Notes: generated from the sequence alone by a model not told the origin. 63,683 bases of DNA, filler included, from Folioceros fuciformis (GCA_049999805.1; 6 parts of 6 records of this genome joined end to end with filler, not necessarily neighbours in it); one strand, 5' to 3'. Positions 1 to 12,281 are shown, numbered from the whole stretch's first letter. Numbers and translations are program-made.

Positions 1-1327
1 GCGGGACCCACCTGCACCGCCAGCCAGGCCCAGTAGCAGCAGCAGTGATGTGGAGATCCTCTGGGAGGACCTGCTGGATCAACGGAGGGGCAGAAGAGCG
101 AGAGGAGGAGCAGCGAGGGGTGACGTGTGAAGGCCAGGAGGAAGCCGCCAGCGGCGCAGGACAGGGCGATAGTAAATGCAGGCTAGAATAGTTTTTTTTA
201 GCGTGCTTTATTTGGACCCAAATCGCTCAGAATTCAAGAGCGCAGACCCCTTGCCTGACAAACTTTATGGCGGAAAAACCGCCATCACCGTGTACAAGAG
301 GCCGATTTGAAGGCCTAATGAAGTGGCAAAACACCAGCCGAGCAGCCGACCTTGCAGGAACCTAGCGATGGCCGTTGCTGGACAGGAGGTCCAGGCAAGC
401 GAGCGCACGTAGCAACCTGGGGTGCGGGTGTAGGTGGTGGGCGCTCCGTGATCAGGTCCGAGGACGAATCGGGAGGAGGAGCCTCGCCGAGTGGGAGAGA
501 AGCTCCCCAGCTATCCTCGGAGTGGTCACGTGGGTGGTGTGGGTTGTCGGAGCTGAATCCGCGAGTTCGGAGTGGAAGAGGTCCCTCTTCCCTTAGCTCC
601 GGTACCTCACCATTCCTCAATGTTCATGGAAGCCCAGGAGGGGCATTGCTGAGAAAGAAGACGGAGGATTGGATAAAGAAGAAGCGTGAGGGTGCGCGTG
701 TGTGAGAAAGAGGGGAAGCGAGTAACCAGAGACGAGGAGAACGTATCTCGAAAACTGGTGAGTGGAGAACGAAGCCGGAGAAACCCTGGAAGCGAGGTGA
801 GTAATGTGTAACGAGACGTGGTGTGTATGAGTGACTAGTCGCGATGAGACTGGAGAGACTGGGAGGAAGTTGATTTGAGACTGCAGAGGGTGTACCTAGA
901 GTGTGAAATCACACGGGTGGATGGCGACCGGCAGATTGTTGCTGTTCATTTGTGTGTGCGTTTGATCCTGAGGGTGAGAGGCGATTTTGTGGAGAACCAA
1001 GAAAGGAAAGCGCAAAAGGGAAAGCGCGAGAAAACAGTCGGGTAGGGACGACTCGTAGAGAGAGAAAATCCTAGAGAGAGAAAGAGAGAGAGTGGGGCCC
1101 ACGAGTGGTAGCCCGAAAGACGACGGTAGTAGTCCATTGGGGAACGGAGGGTAGTCCAGTGGGCCACCAAGAGTAGTTCAGGGGGGGTAGTCCCTGGAGC
1201 GATTGGGTGGTAGGAGAGTCGTCTGGTGGGAGAAGTAAGGGGACTGGGTAAGGACCAAGCACTGGACGTGTGTGCGTGGGTCAGTCGAGTTTAGGTGCTA
1301 ATTGACTTTAGAAGCTAACCTGTGTAG

Positions 1328-3937
1328 TTTAACATGAACCATTCCCTTGGGTTCGAATCCCAGAGCTACAACGACATAGAGGGCTTGTGTGGACCTCGCG
1401 GTACCCCCGGGTACCATATTTTAACCCCACAATAGTGCATGTTGCAACAGATGGGGAGAGGTTGGAAGCCTCTTTGAAAGATGAGGAATACCTTCGTAGC
1501 ATAAGGGAGTCAGCAAATGAGAAGAAGGTAGTATTGGAAACAATTCTTGTGAAATTGGAGAATTTGCGGCTAGCATCTTTCCTCTCACGAGATGCACAAA
1601 TCAGGAAGGTTGATGAAGCATGGACAAATTACCTCGCTCGTGGTATTGCTAAAGGGAGGATAAAGGAGGGAGTTTTGCTTTACTGTGCATGATCGACCCT
1701 GCGGAATGTGATAATAAAGAAAGTATAGATTGGGTGAAGTAGAGGGCAAAAAAATATGTGATGCGCATACTGGGAGGGAACCTCACTTTTCAGGCGATGA
1801 AGAACCTTGCTCACATATCACCAACAAAGGCCAAGTATCAGTGGATGGAGGCACATGTGCATTGTGGACTAACTGTGCAGGAGATGCGAGTCCTAGCTAC
1901 TGACCACAATACTATGTCAGATAAGAGGAAGAAAATGAGTTTTATCGAGCAAGTCGTGTACCTAAGGGATGAGCTGCAGATTGCAAAGAGGAATGGGGTG
2001 AACATGAGCATGAATTGGAAATATAACCTATACAAGGTATTAGGGCTGATTGAAGACGACAAAGCTCGAGAGGATGAATAGATGAACAAGATAAAGTGGA
2101 AAAAAGGATGCACATATTGTGTATAGCAAAGCTGGAGGGTCGGGTATGGGAGAATGTGGATAAAATACTTTTGAAGTGGGAGGTAATGGAGCTACCAGAG
2201 CAGGCAAGGCTGGTAGCCACAGGCACAAGTAAGACGAGGAAGGGGAAAAGGAAGGTACCATAGTTGACCACAACAGAGGGGGTTGTTCATCAAGCTGAGG
2301 GAAATGCAGAGGAAGCCTTGGCGAAGTTTCCAGGGGATCCCTCATGGAGAATCAGGACAACGAATGTTGATTTCTGCAACTGAGGTCTTGACTAGGCTCC
2401 TCGACTTGAATGGTATGGCAAAAGAAATCTTGACGCGAAAGAAGCTCCACGTCATCCAAGTTGCAATGGCGAAGCATCTAGGCTGTGACTCCTTTGACAT
2501 GGTTCGACAAGAGTACCCAATGCACTCCATGGACGATGTTATCGCAAGGTTCCAAAGGGCATTTGAGGGAAAGGTATTTTACTTATTCTTGTGTGGGTCA
2601 TGATGCTTTGGCTTTTAAGTTAGACTACATCCATTGCTAATAGAAGCACTTACAAGTATCTGTAATAGTATCACTTACAAGTGAAGGATGTTGAGGACCT
2701 TAAGAAATTGCCTCACAATTTTCAAGCATTTATATTAGAAGTGCACACTTGGAAAGGCCTGGAGGAGGAGCAACGTGCACTTGCGGATATGGACATCAAA
2801 GAAGGTTTGCAGAGCTTTACCGTGCCACAAACTGAAGAGGTTGTCCAGTTCCAAGTTGTTGTAAGAGATATAGTAGATATGCGGGGGTTCTTAAGAGTGC
2901 GGAACTACACAACTTTGGTTATGGACCTGCCATGAGGTTTCAAGAAGAGCACATATGACATTAAGGTGGAGCAAGCACAGCTGGCAACTATCTTTCAAGC
3001 TTTCAATGATATGACAACGTGTGAGGAGCTCCGCATGATTGTCATGCATGGAGTGGAGGAGATGGAAACTGTGCGGGAAACTATGCGAAAGTGGTGCACT
3101 TGTGGGGAAATGGTGTCATTCATATGGGACAAGACAAACATGCACAATGATCTTGGAGGGTTTGACATTGTGGAGTACATCACTATTGGATAGGATGCGT
3201 CCACAAATAGTAAGAACACAGATTCAAATTAGAGACCAATTCTTTTGTCTAAAGAAGACAAAGACATGGTACCACACAACGTGCAGGGGCCCTTCAACAA
3301 TGGGCGGGCTGTCATTTCACATGATACTGTTGTGAAGAAGCTATTGTACATGTCATTAGACAAACTTGTGGTTTGCGCCTACCAACATCCTTTGGGGCTT
3401 CTGACGAAGCTTATCAAGATCTTTTCCAAGGAAGGCGATTGGATCCTTTATGCTTGCTCTAGAAGAGGGACAACTACCTTGGCAGCTTTGCTATGTGGGC
3501 GAAATTGCATCGTGATTGAGATGGACAAGAGATGTGTGGAATTCATTTCGCAACGAATTCATGGATATGAGGTCCTCCTAGATGCCATTGAGGAGCTTAA
3601 CCATGAGCCTCACCATAGAGGCCCATCTCAGTTTTGGGCTGAGGAGCTAAGCCTTTCAGAGAAGGAAATAAGCCAGGCACAAATTGTGCCATTGGGAATG
3701 ACTAAATTGAAAGGGCAAAGGGGCGCCCTTGTTGAAGAAGGCCAAGAGGACTTCTCGACTATATGTCAGCCTGAGACTAGAGAGAGCAACCTAGAGTATG
3801 ATGTGCAGGTGGTGGCAACTACTATGGAAGTAATTTATGTTTTTGAAGACCCCAAAGATGTTTGCCTACAAGGTGTGGTAGTTGTCCCAAATAGTGTTTC
3901 AGGCCAGTGCCCTCCAAAGTCTCAATGTCTAGAGTAG
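1328..3937 (+). pseudogene. Decayed intron-containing gene: ParB-like N-terminal domain fused to a beta-class DNA amino-methyltransferase (N6_N4_Mtase-like)
   Basis: ORF pieces 1387-1692, 1758-2081 and 2283-2572 join through frameshifts and give ParB-like motifs (VKLENL...QIRKVDEAWTNYLARGI; ILGGNLTFQAMKNL...GLTVQEMRVLATDHN). 2681-3937 is one frame with in-frame stops: motif IV-like VMDLP*G (2924-2938), IWDKTN, YQHPLGLLTKLIKIFSKEGDWILYACSRRGTTTLAALLCGRNCIVIEMD. Probable introns at 1248-1327 (GTAAG...GCTAAC...TGTAG) and about 2573-2680. A likely upstream exon lies at about 989-1247. Confidence 0.75.
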
Positions 3938-4929
3938 CTTAACATGTGTTGTTCAAACACCATAACTATAATGGGTCCACCCTAATTGGGGAAGGGTGCT
4001 GGCTTGCTGGCATCAACCCTGCCATTTTTTTGCTTAATTCTCATTTTAGTTTTAATGCTAATACATGTTGGCCGACCCTATTCCATATTTCTAGTCAGCT
4101 ATGTGACCAATGAGAAACAAAAGGGGGGTGGTTGTTGGGATGCCCATGCCCCCTCTCTTTGCATTCTGCACTCTCAATTGGTCCCCCGTACCCTGCATGG
4201 TGTTAGGCATTGTAAACAAGTCATTAACCCCTGTTTTGGCCCAGGGTTTGCACTAAGAAAATGGTCATGAGGGATCCGGAAGCGGGGTTGTATATTCCGC
4301 CGCTTCAAAGATAATCACGTTCATACACTAAATAATACCCTTTATTCCAAAGATAAGATTGCATTAAATTTGTTGTCATCCTTGTCCTACACAACTAAAG
4401 GCACCTTATGTCCATCCCTAGAAAGCCACTTCTTGTGGATGAGGGAGACCAATATATACCACTTGAAGGTCTAGGGAGGCAAATGAGATGCAAATTAGCC
4501 TAACTTAGAGGATGAAGATGGTGATGGTAATAATGAGGGGATGATGGTGAGAGTGCAATCACTAGTTAGAGATGAAGGTGGATCGATAGCATAAAAGATG
4601 AGTGTGTCCAAAGTGGAGAAGAAAAGAGCCCTTAGCAAATGGTATCTCACAGTGGTCGCTAAGCTTGGTACATGACAACTTTAGGGTGTATGCAATTTCT
4701 CCACTAACTACCAAAGAATTGATTGCACTCTTGCACACAATGGGGCTAAAGAGTGTTGTGGGCTCATACACACACAAACATGGCAGACAACCCACGCTAA
4801 ATGTGGCAAGCCTAAAAGTGGACAACCACTATTAAATTCTGTTTTGTTTGAAGAAGAATCAAAACCATCATTTGGGGCACAAGCAAGGAATAGTGCCATG
4901 GGAATAGATGTTGACTATGTAGCAGCCAA

Positions 4930-5600
4930 GTGAGCAGAAGACGAGTGAGATGAACATCTCGCTCGTAACATTACAAGGGAAGCATATTTTGCCAAGAAGA
5001 TATATTGAGATGAGAGCTTAAAGTTATCAATCACAAGGTGTAGACCTCTTGAGAATCTTTGACTGGCAACTAGAGTGAGACAACTAGAGCGAGGAAGTAC
5101 ATAATGGGTGTTCTTGGAGGGAACCACATTTTTGTTGCTAGAAAACACCTTGCAATTATGGTTCTAGGGAAAACATGCTTTTTATATGTAGAACCTATGT
5201 TTATTGTAGGTTAGCAATAGATGAGAGTTCTAGGCACCGACCACAACACAACATGCAATAGGAGAAGAAAGATGTTCTTCATCAAGCAATATTGGGTCCT
5301 TTTGAGGATGATGAGACTAGAGAGGACTATGTATATAAGTAGAACAAAGTGGACAAAAAAATTCATATCCAATGATACAGTAGAGTAAAGTAGAAAGACA
5401 AAGTATGTGAGAATGACAAATTTTTCAATAAGTGGGAGGTCGAGGAGCTCTCAAAGCAAGGAAAGCATACGATAGTTGAGACTGCTAAGAAGGGAAAGAG
5501 AAAGACAAAAAGGAACAAACAACGCGAAGAAAGTGGAGTCCGGGTACATGAAGCCAAAGGACATGCTACCCAAGCCTTAAAAAGTGTTTTAGGCAACTCT
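4930..5600 (+). pseudogene. Second, more degenerate paralog of the ParB-like region; no methyltransferase part visible
   Basis: Manual translation gives RKYIMGVLGGNHIFVARKHLA (GGNH at 5116-5127), MRVLGTDHNTTCNRRRKMFFIKQ, LGPFEDDETRED and KWEVEELSKQGK...KKGKRK. These are colinear with copy 1 (KKYVMRILGGNLTFQAMKNLA, MRVLATDHNTMSDKRKKMSFIEQ, LGLIEDDKARED, KWEVMELPEQ...RKGKRK). Confidence 0.75.
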
Positions 5601-5683
5601 AGTGGGAGACTATGGATGACATATTCTTATTATTATAATCGAGAATCAATTAGTGGAAGATTTTTCAACCTTAAGACTTGGAA

Positions 5684-5716
5684 ACGGCCCTTGCAAGGTA
5701 AGCTTGCAAGGGCCGT
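5684..5716. repeat. Perfect 14-bp inverted repeat (hairpin with 5-nt loop)
   Basis: ACGGCCCTTGCAAG-GTAAG-CTTGCAAGGGCCGT. Confidence 0.9.
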
Positions 5717-5760
5717 GTCAACCATGACTCATTTGCACTTGCATGCAGACTCGCTTGCCT

Positions 5761-5868
5761 CTTGTATGCAAATTCACCACTTGTTCAAACATGAGGAAGT
5801 GTGACCTTGCTCCTTGTACACGGTCTCAATTGGCTCTTGTATGCAAATTCACCACTTGTTCAAACATG
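5761..5868. repeat. Short direct repeat (about 33 bp, 2 copies)
   Basis: CTTGTATGCAAATTCACCACTTGTTCAAACATG at 5761-5793 and 5836-5868. Confidence 0.85.
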
Positions 5869-6120
5869 CAGGTTCTCAAGATCACAACCGCCAACCCTAG
5901 GTCCCTGATTAAAATGAGTGATCATGGAAAATGGTTAGGAGTTATGAAATTCTATATTGAACTTGGAGATACATATGCAAATGATGTATTTATCATGCAC
6001 AATTCATAAAATAAGAATATCTATAGAAATGTCTCCTCTAGTTCATATGCAAATTTACAATTCAATTCTAAATGACATACTTGTATACGAGTCCAAATTT
6101 CAAAGCTCCTTTATTTCTGT

Positions 6121-6469
6121 GCTTACACATAGAGCCTTTATTTTTATGCCTACACATCGAGACTAGGAGTCATTGCTACTTCAAAGTAGACCTTGAGATA
6201 AGGGTGCTCCTCCCAAGGAAAGAAAACCATCCTCCTTGAAGAGTGAGAACATGACTCCACAAACTATGTCATGTATAATGATGCCTTATTTGCTTACACA
6301 TAGAGCCTTTATTTCTATGCCTACACATCGAGACTAGGAGCCACTGCTACTTCAAAGTAGACCTTGAGATAAGGGTGCTCCTCCCGAGGGAAGAAAAGCA
6401 TCCTCCTTGAAGAGTGAGAACATAACTCCACAAACTATGTCATGTATAATGATGCCTTATTTGCTTACA
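6121..6469. repeat. Tandem duplication, 171-bp unit, 2 copies
   Basis: The unit starting GCTTACACATAGAGCC recurs at 6121 and 6292, with a partial third start at 6463 and few mismatches. Confidence 0.9.
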
Positions 6470-6523
6470 GAATAATCAGAGAGGTGCATCGAGAGCTACT
6501 CCACATTTGCAAACTAGGAGACC

Positions 6524-6728
6524 AAACCAAGGTTTTACCACACCCAAATGAAACCTCATTGTATAACCAAAGGTTTTCCCAGACCCAAATGAAACCTCAT
6601 TGTATAACCAAAGGTTTTACTAGACCCAAATGAAACCTCATAGTATAACCAAAGGTTTTACAAGACCCAAATGAAACCTCATTGTATAACCAAAGGTTTT
6701 ACCAGACCCAAATAAAACCTCATTGTAT
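6524..6728. repeat. Minisatellite, 41-bp unit, about 5 copies
   Basis: AACCAAAGGTTTTACCAGACCCAAATGAAACCTCATTGTAT repeated head-to-tail with no spacers. Confidence 0.9.
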
Positions 6729-7882
6729 ATACAGGAAGAGTCTAATGTGATTTGGAAAGCTTGGAAGCAAGGCTAAACAAGAAGCCATGAAGATGTTTCC
6801 AAGAAGCCATGAAGATGTTTCTTTACTTTACTTGAGTAAGATCAAATACCAATATAAGCTACCATATGGATGGACAAGTTCTAAACAAGAGCCAATTATG
6901 TATACTAATATTGCTTGTCAAGAAGGGACACTTAAATCCAACCTCATAGTATATGAAGCAAGCATGGCAAAGTAGCCCTAGCCTATATGGGTAGGAAAGC
7001 CTAGTGGAGGTGACACACATGCATGATGAAAAAATACCCTCGTCTACTCCCACGACAAAGGATAGATCAAGATAAGACAAAAATGGCCGAACTCCCAAAG
7101 AATACCAGCAACACAAAAAAGTTATGCTTCCACAGGGTTTGAGAAGGACACCTATCATTCAACCAAACCCCCGCCAGGACACTCAAAATATACCTTGGCC
7201 AATGATGTGGACTAAAAATTACATAATTCATCACGAGGGTGAAACAATACGGATTAATCCAACCTCTCAAAGCCCAAATGCCCGGAAATTGGCTTAGGGC
7301 TTGTAGGGCTAACTCTACGGAGACGAACTAGATGTTAGTTTTCAATTTTCAGACCATTAGAAATCGGGGGGCGCTTAGGCGAGGGGCGGGAACATATAAT
7401 AATACAGCTCCTCTTNNNNNNNNNNNNNNNNNNNNNNNNNNNNNNNNNNNNNNNNNNNNNNNNNNNNNNNNNNNNNNNNNNNNNNNNNNNNNNNNNNNNN
7501 NNNNNNNNNNNNNNNCAGCTCCTCTTTCCTTAATTTAAAAATAAATCACATAATACATATTATATAGACAGATCAGTCCCCGCGGCTCTGTGAGCTCCCG
7601 CGCGACATTCGACAGTGCGCATTCGCTGGCGGAGATCTGTGGTTGGAGTCAGGCTTGGTCCGGTAAGAGGTGCCGGCTATCAACGTCGGAGGTTCCACTT
7701 GTGCTTTGAAAGCTGGGATCTTGATGGCAGGTTTCCGGCGGCTCAGCTGGAATGCCCGCTAAAAGGCATTCGCTGGGTGACAGGAACAACACAGTCCTTG
7801 TACTGCTGCAGGGGTGTACCTGAGTCCGGCGAAAGACACTTTCTGGATACGCTGGTGCATAGAGGGCTTCTAGCCCGACGAG

Positions 7883-9515
7883 ATGAGTGTAATTGACATT
7901 CTAACGCGAGTGGATGCTGTTTGCAAAAAGTACGAAAAGTATGACCTCGACAAGCAGAGGGAGCAGCAGGTCTCCGGAACTGATCCATTCATCAGGTTGT
8001 ATGCAGTGGTGGAATCTGAGATCCAAGCCATAGTGCAGGTTTGCTCACTTACGTATGCCAGCCGCTCTTCTTTTATCTGGGTTAGGGTTCCTTGATGCTG
8101 AACTTAGTAGTTGCGTGTGGGCAGAAAGCAAATGATGTCTCTGCTGAGACCAACAGAGCAGCAGCAGCAACACTGAATGCAGAGATACGAAGGTCCAAAG
8201 CTGCTTTGAAGAATGAGATACCTAAGCTGCAAAAGCTTGCGCTCAAGAAGGTTGGGTGATCTTGGTGTGAATTTCAGGGCTTGTAGGTAGGAGAGAATTT
8301 TGCCGCCTGGCACTGATTCAAACTAGATATGGGTGCCTTACGCGGACAGGTTAAGGGACTTAGCAGAGATGAGCAGGACGCACGACCAGATTTGGTCCTA
8401 GCCCTGGAAGAGAGGATTGAATCCATTTCGGATGGAGTCACCACAGGCAGACGAGGTGCATGGGGTGGGAGAGCAGGACCCACGCGATCCGAGATTCGCA
8501 TTGATTCTGTCAACCCAGGTACTGGAGCCAGGGACCCAGCTTGTGTCTGTCTACTGATGCATTAGGCTAATTGTCTGGGTAAGCATCTGGGGGCCTCGGG
8601 CGGAAGGTCAGGTGGATTTCATCATTATGTGAGAAGTGAGCAAGCATAGACTCAAGACTGATAGGGTGGATAAGGTGGATTTGCAGATGACTTCAATGCT
8701 TCTCATTATGAGCAAACCGAAGAGTCTAGTAATTTCCGCCAAGAATATGAAGATCGCAGAAGGAAGCAAGTACGTTATCTTATTTCACGGTTCCAGAGGA
8801 AAACTGTCTGCTTTCCGAAGGCTGCCCGTGATAACGTCCCGCTTCTCCGTTTGCTCTTGAATGAGAGTACTGCAGGATCAGAATCTGGATGTAATTGCAG
8901 AAGGACTCTCAACTTTGACTAACCTGGCAGGAGACATGAATGAGGTGTGTCGTTTTCTTGAATGCCAAGGTTTGGGTTGAAATGTTTTTGCCTGCTGCAC
9001 TTTTGGATTCTAACTGCCGTCACTGACGGTGCAGGAGCTGAGCAAGCAAGAAGTACTCCTTGATGAGATAGACAACAAGGTGAGTAGACGTGGCTCAATC
9101 TCGTATCATTTGCACTAGATGACTTCATCCAAGTTTTTTTTTATGGAAATTTGAATCCGTGGCAGGTGGACAAAGCCTCCTCCGACCTGAAGAGCACTAA
9201 TGCAAGACTGCGAGACACAGTCACCAAGGTTGTACCTTATTTGTGCATGTTGAGATCAGCAACCTTGCCTAGGTTTCCTAAAGTTTTAGATGTCCACTGC
9301 ACTGAAACCAATTTGTTGTATTTTGTAGTTGCGGTCAACTCGAAACTTTTGCATCGATATTGTCCTTCTCATCATCGTGCTTGGTATAGCAGCATACTTG
9401 TACAAGTAAGTGAAGCACCGTCGTCTGAATGTGCCATTTTTGCTATGTCTGTGCGTAAGAAGTTTGGTAACCGCATGTCTTTGGAATTGTCCGCTCGTGC
9501 AGTGTGCTCAAGTGA
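7883..9515 (+). CDS. SYP71: Plant Qc-SNARE syntaxin of the SYP7 family, 9 coding exons
   Basis: MSVIDILTRVDAVCKKYEKYD N-terminus, SNARE helix (DQNLDVIAEGL...VDKASSDLKSTNARL) and C-terminal TM (RNFCIDIVLLIIVLGIAAYLYNVLK*). Exons 7883-8038, 8125-8250, 8350-8518, 8687-8769, 8876-8944, 9035-9079, 9166-9228, 9329-9405, 9503-9515, all GT-AG and in phase. Confidence 0.93.
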
Positions 9516-12281
9516 GTGTCGGGTAGGAGTCATAATCTTTCTGCGATAGCGAAAGACTACTCTGCCTGAGATGGTCGTGCTCCAAATTCTGGACGGATTA
9601 GTCTTGGAGCACATTGCTACCCGGGATGCTGGTGGAGCACGAGCGATTCTCAACTTTGGGTTTTGTGGCTTATTTCCCTTGGCGCTGAGATTTACTGCCT
9701 TGTCCTATCAGTTATCTTGTGAGCGTGGTGGAATAGTTTCTGAACCATGCCTTCGATTCGTTTCCGTCATATTCATTCAACTAGCTTGGAGCCGCGCTGT
9801 GGCCTACGAGTGGATTTATGTAGTAGTTTCCGTTGAGATAAAAGCAAAATTCTATTTCCTGAACACGTCATGACCAGATATAACGTCCAAGGAGCGATTA
9901 CTACACTACAAGTATCTTGCACTTCTCACTACACAAATTTTCTCACAGTCACGGTCACGAATGCTACAACTGATTACTCCTTCCTAGACAGTCTTCACAG
10001 CTGTTTCCAGATCAAGAACGTGTTAAACAACTTTCCCTTCCGCAGCTGAAAGCTCTGCTCATTTGCAAAAACACCTGCCATAAACCGAATCTTCCTGAGA
10101 TCCTTCACTAAACCGGATAACGATGCCAATCCACAAACTCCAGGAAGACCTGGCTTGCGGAGAGACACACACGCGCCACGGTTGAAAGACCAACCACCGC
10201 ATATCCATGCCGGTTACTCCATGTGGGCTACGCTGACTGCAAAACAAGAATGGAACTAATCAGATCCTAGTGTCTCAACAGATTGCATCCTGATGGCAAC
10301 TCATCATAAACACGACCAGGCAGTTACCGACATAACCTGCAGGCCAGCCATCCATTCCTAGACAGACTGATGGGGGACGATCTCCAGCTGCAAAACACCT
10401 CCTCAAGCAACCAGAACCGCCATCAGAATCCAACCACGTACTCTGCCTCTTTCTCTTCAATCTTCTGAAGTTCTCAACTCCTCAGACATACGAAAGTCCA
10501 CTCACGTCTGCATCACAGACATTCCACATCATCTGCGAGCAGGTGGACTCAAAATATTTCACCGATCGATCCACATTCATCTGTTGCTTCCACCACTGAA
10601 AAACCTGTCATTATTCTGTCAGTGGGCGATTTGCCAGCCAATACTTCTTTTGCCATTCCTTCCCTTCACGCTTTCAGAAGATAAGCTGACTCAAAGAGTA
10701 ACCTCAAGCCATTAAGCCACAAACTAATCTGTTCATAGCCTCCCGTGATACGCCACAAGTCCCATTAAAGTTGCTTGGACCTGCGAGGCAACTAACTAGC
10801 ATGTCTAACTGAAGTCCTTCCGGGATATTCTGCCAACCAAATCACTTCTGTTGTACGTTTCCAACATCACTGAATCCTAAGAATCCCGAAGACTGCCAGG
10901 ATTTTAAAAAGCACCCTGGCAACCTTCCTGCACATCCCCCACTCCTGCACTCCTTCTAACCATGGGACTCATCCAACCTCAGCAAGTTCCCAGATCCAGT
11001 GTAAGAACACGGTACACACCACACATCAACTCCACTTTCATCGCCACCACCGCAGAACATTCAGTTGAATTCGTCATTGCAAGATCGAGGTGAAGCTCAA
11101 CCACACCTTGCCTGCAGTATGCCAGTTATGCCCCGCACCTTACCTGCTCTTTTAAAGCTTCCTAACTAAAACTAGAGGAAAAACAAAAGGAAAAACAAAA
11201 GTTCACCACTATCGTTCTGCTGGTGGAGGTGTGCTAACACGAAACACCTCAGTTCCTCGAGCTATTTTCACCCAATAGAAACTGGAGTGCCAGAGTTCTG
11301 ACTTGCCCATCTTCCAGGCATTCATCACGCGCACCCCAAGGAGGCGTGCCTGACACCTGCCTGCATCTATCGAACCTTGCAGCTTCTACACTGAACAACA
11401 CATGTACAGACATTTACAAGGCAAGCACACACTTGCCACCAGTTATCCTCAGACGTGCAGTAATCCTCAAACCTCCGACGATTATTGACCTGCACTAAAA
11501 CGTTGGCTACCCTACAAACTGTCGTGTGAAAAGAGATCCTGCCCTAAAGGACGTCGAACCTGCTCCCCATACTGTAGTGTACGCCTGCCTCTAACCATCA
11601 GAAGTATAGTACAACAAAGGGGCCCACATTCAGGCTGTCTATGGAAGTCAAAAAACCCTCCGCTAGAATGTATCTACCTGAAGACTACGAAGAATTGCAG
11701 AGACATAGAAGACCAATTCCTTCTCCCTCTCACGATCTGCTACCACCTTCTGCCCCTGACCAAGTCCAAATCTTCATTCACCGCAGATCCGGGAGCATTC
11801 CAAGTAAAGACAAGTGTATAATTACATACTACACAAAGGACTCCGCAAGCCTCTTCCTTTGCTAGCCAGCAAGAGTCACCGAAACGTGTGAGCTGTCCAA
11901 CCCCGCCCTGCCTTCCACAGAAGCTGAAAGGCTTCACATATGTTGCTAGGCACAGTTCAGCAACCTCCACAAACCTCCTAATCCACACGCTGTACAGTTG
12001 CAGCAATCTCGTTCTCAGCTGCAGACCTAAGAGACTCCTCCAAAGCCCAAGTATTCTCCCGTAACCTCTCCAAGTATGACTGATCCAATGTATCACCTAC
12101 ATGATGGCATAATGCACTCGGCAAAAGCAGAACACAAAGCCTGCTGCTTGCAAAGTTACCAAACTGCTGTCTCTGCCCTACACATTCATTGCATTCGTCC
12201 CCAGCCACCACCACCCACGACCTCCACCCCAGCACCCACCTACATCCCCCAATCCTTCCTGTCAAGCTGTGCTCTACAGCG

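Noticed and set aside
315-705. Overlapping 100-117-aa ORFs in the purine-rich window start
   Set aside because: Low complexity and no recognisable motif; cannot be assigned without upstream sequence.
1350-1361. GGTTCGAATCCC, resembling a tRNA T-loop / Pol III B box
   Set aside because: No cloverleaf or convincing A box; it lies in the reading frame (PWVRIPEL) leading into the ParB-like exon.
6524-6728. Regular 41-bp repeats as a possible CRISPR array
   Set aside because: Head-to-tail units without unique spacers, no cas genes, eukaryotic context.
7405-7526. CAGCTCCTCTT on both sides of a 100-N gap (possible TSD)
   Set aside because: More simply a contig-end overlap; cannot be tested without the missing sequence.
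11244-11332. Minus-strand GTGATGA...CTGA spacing like a C/D-box snoRNA
   Set aside because: No convincing terminal stem and no rRNA-complementary guide I could recognise.
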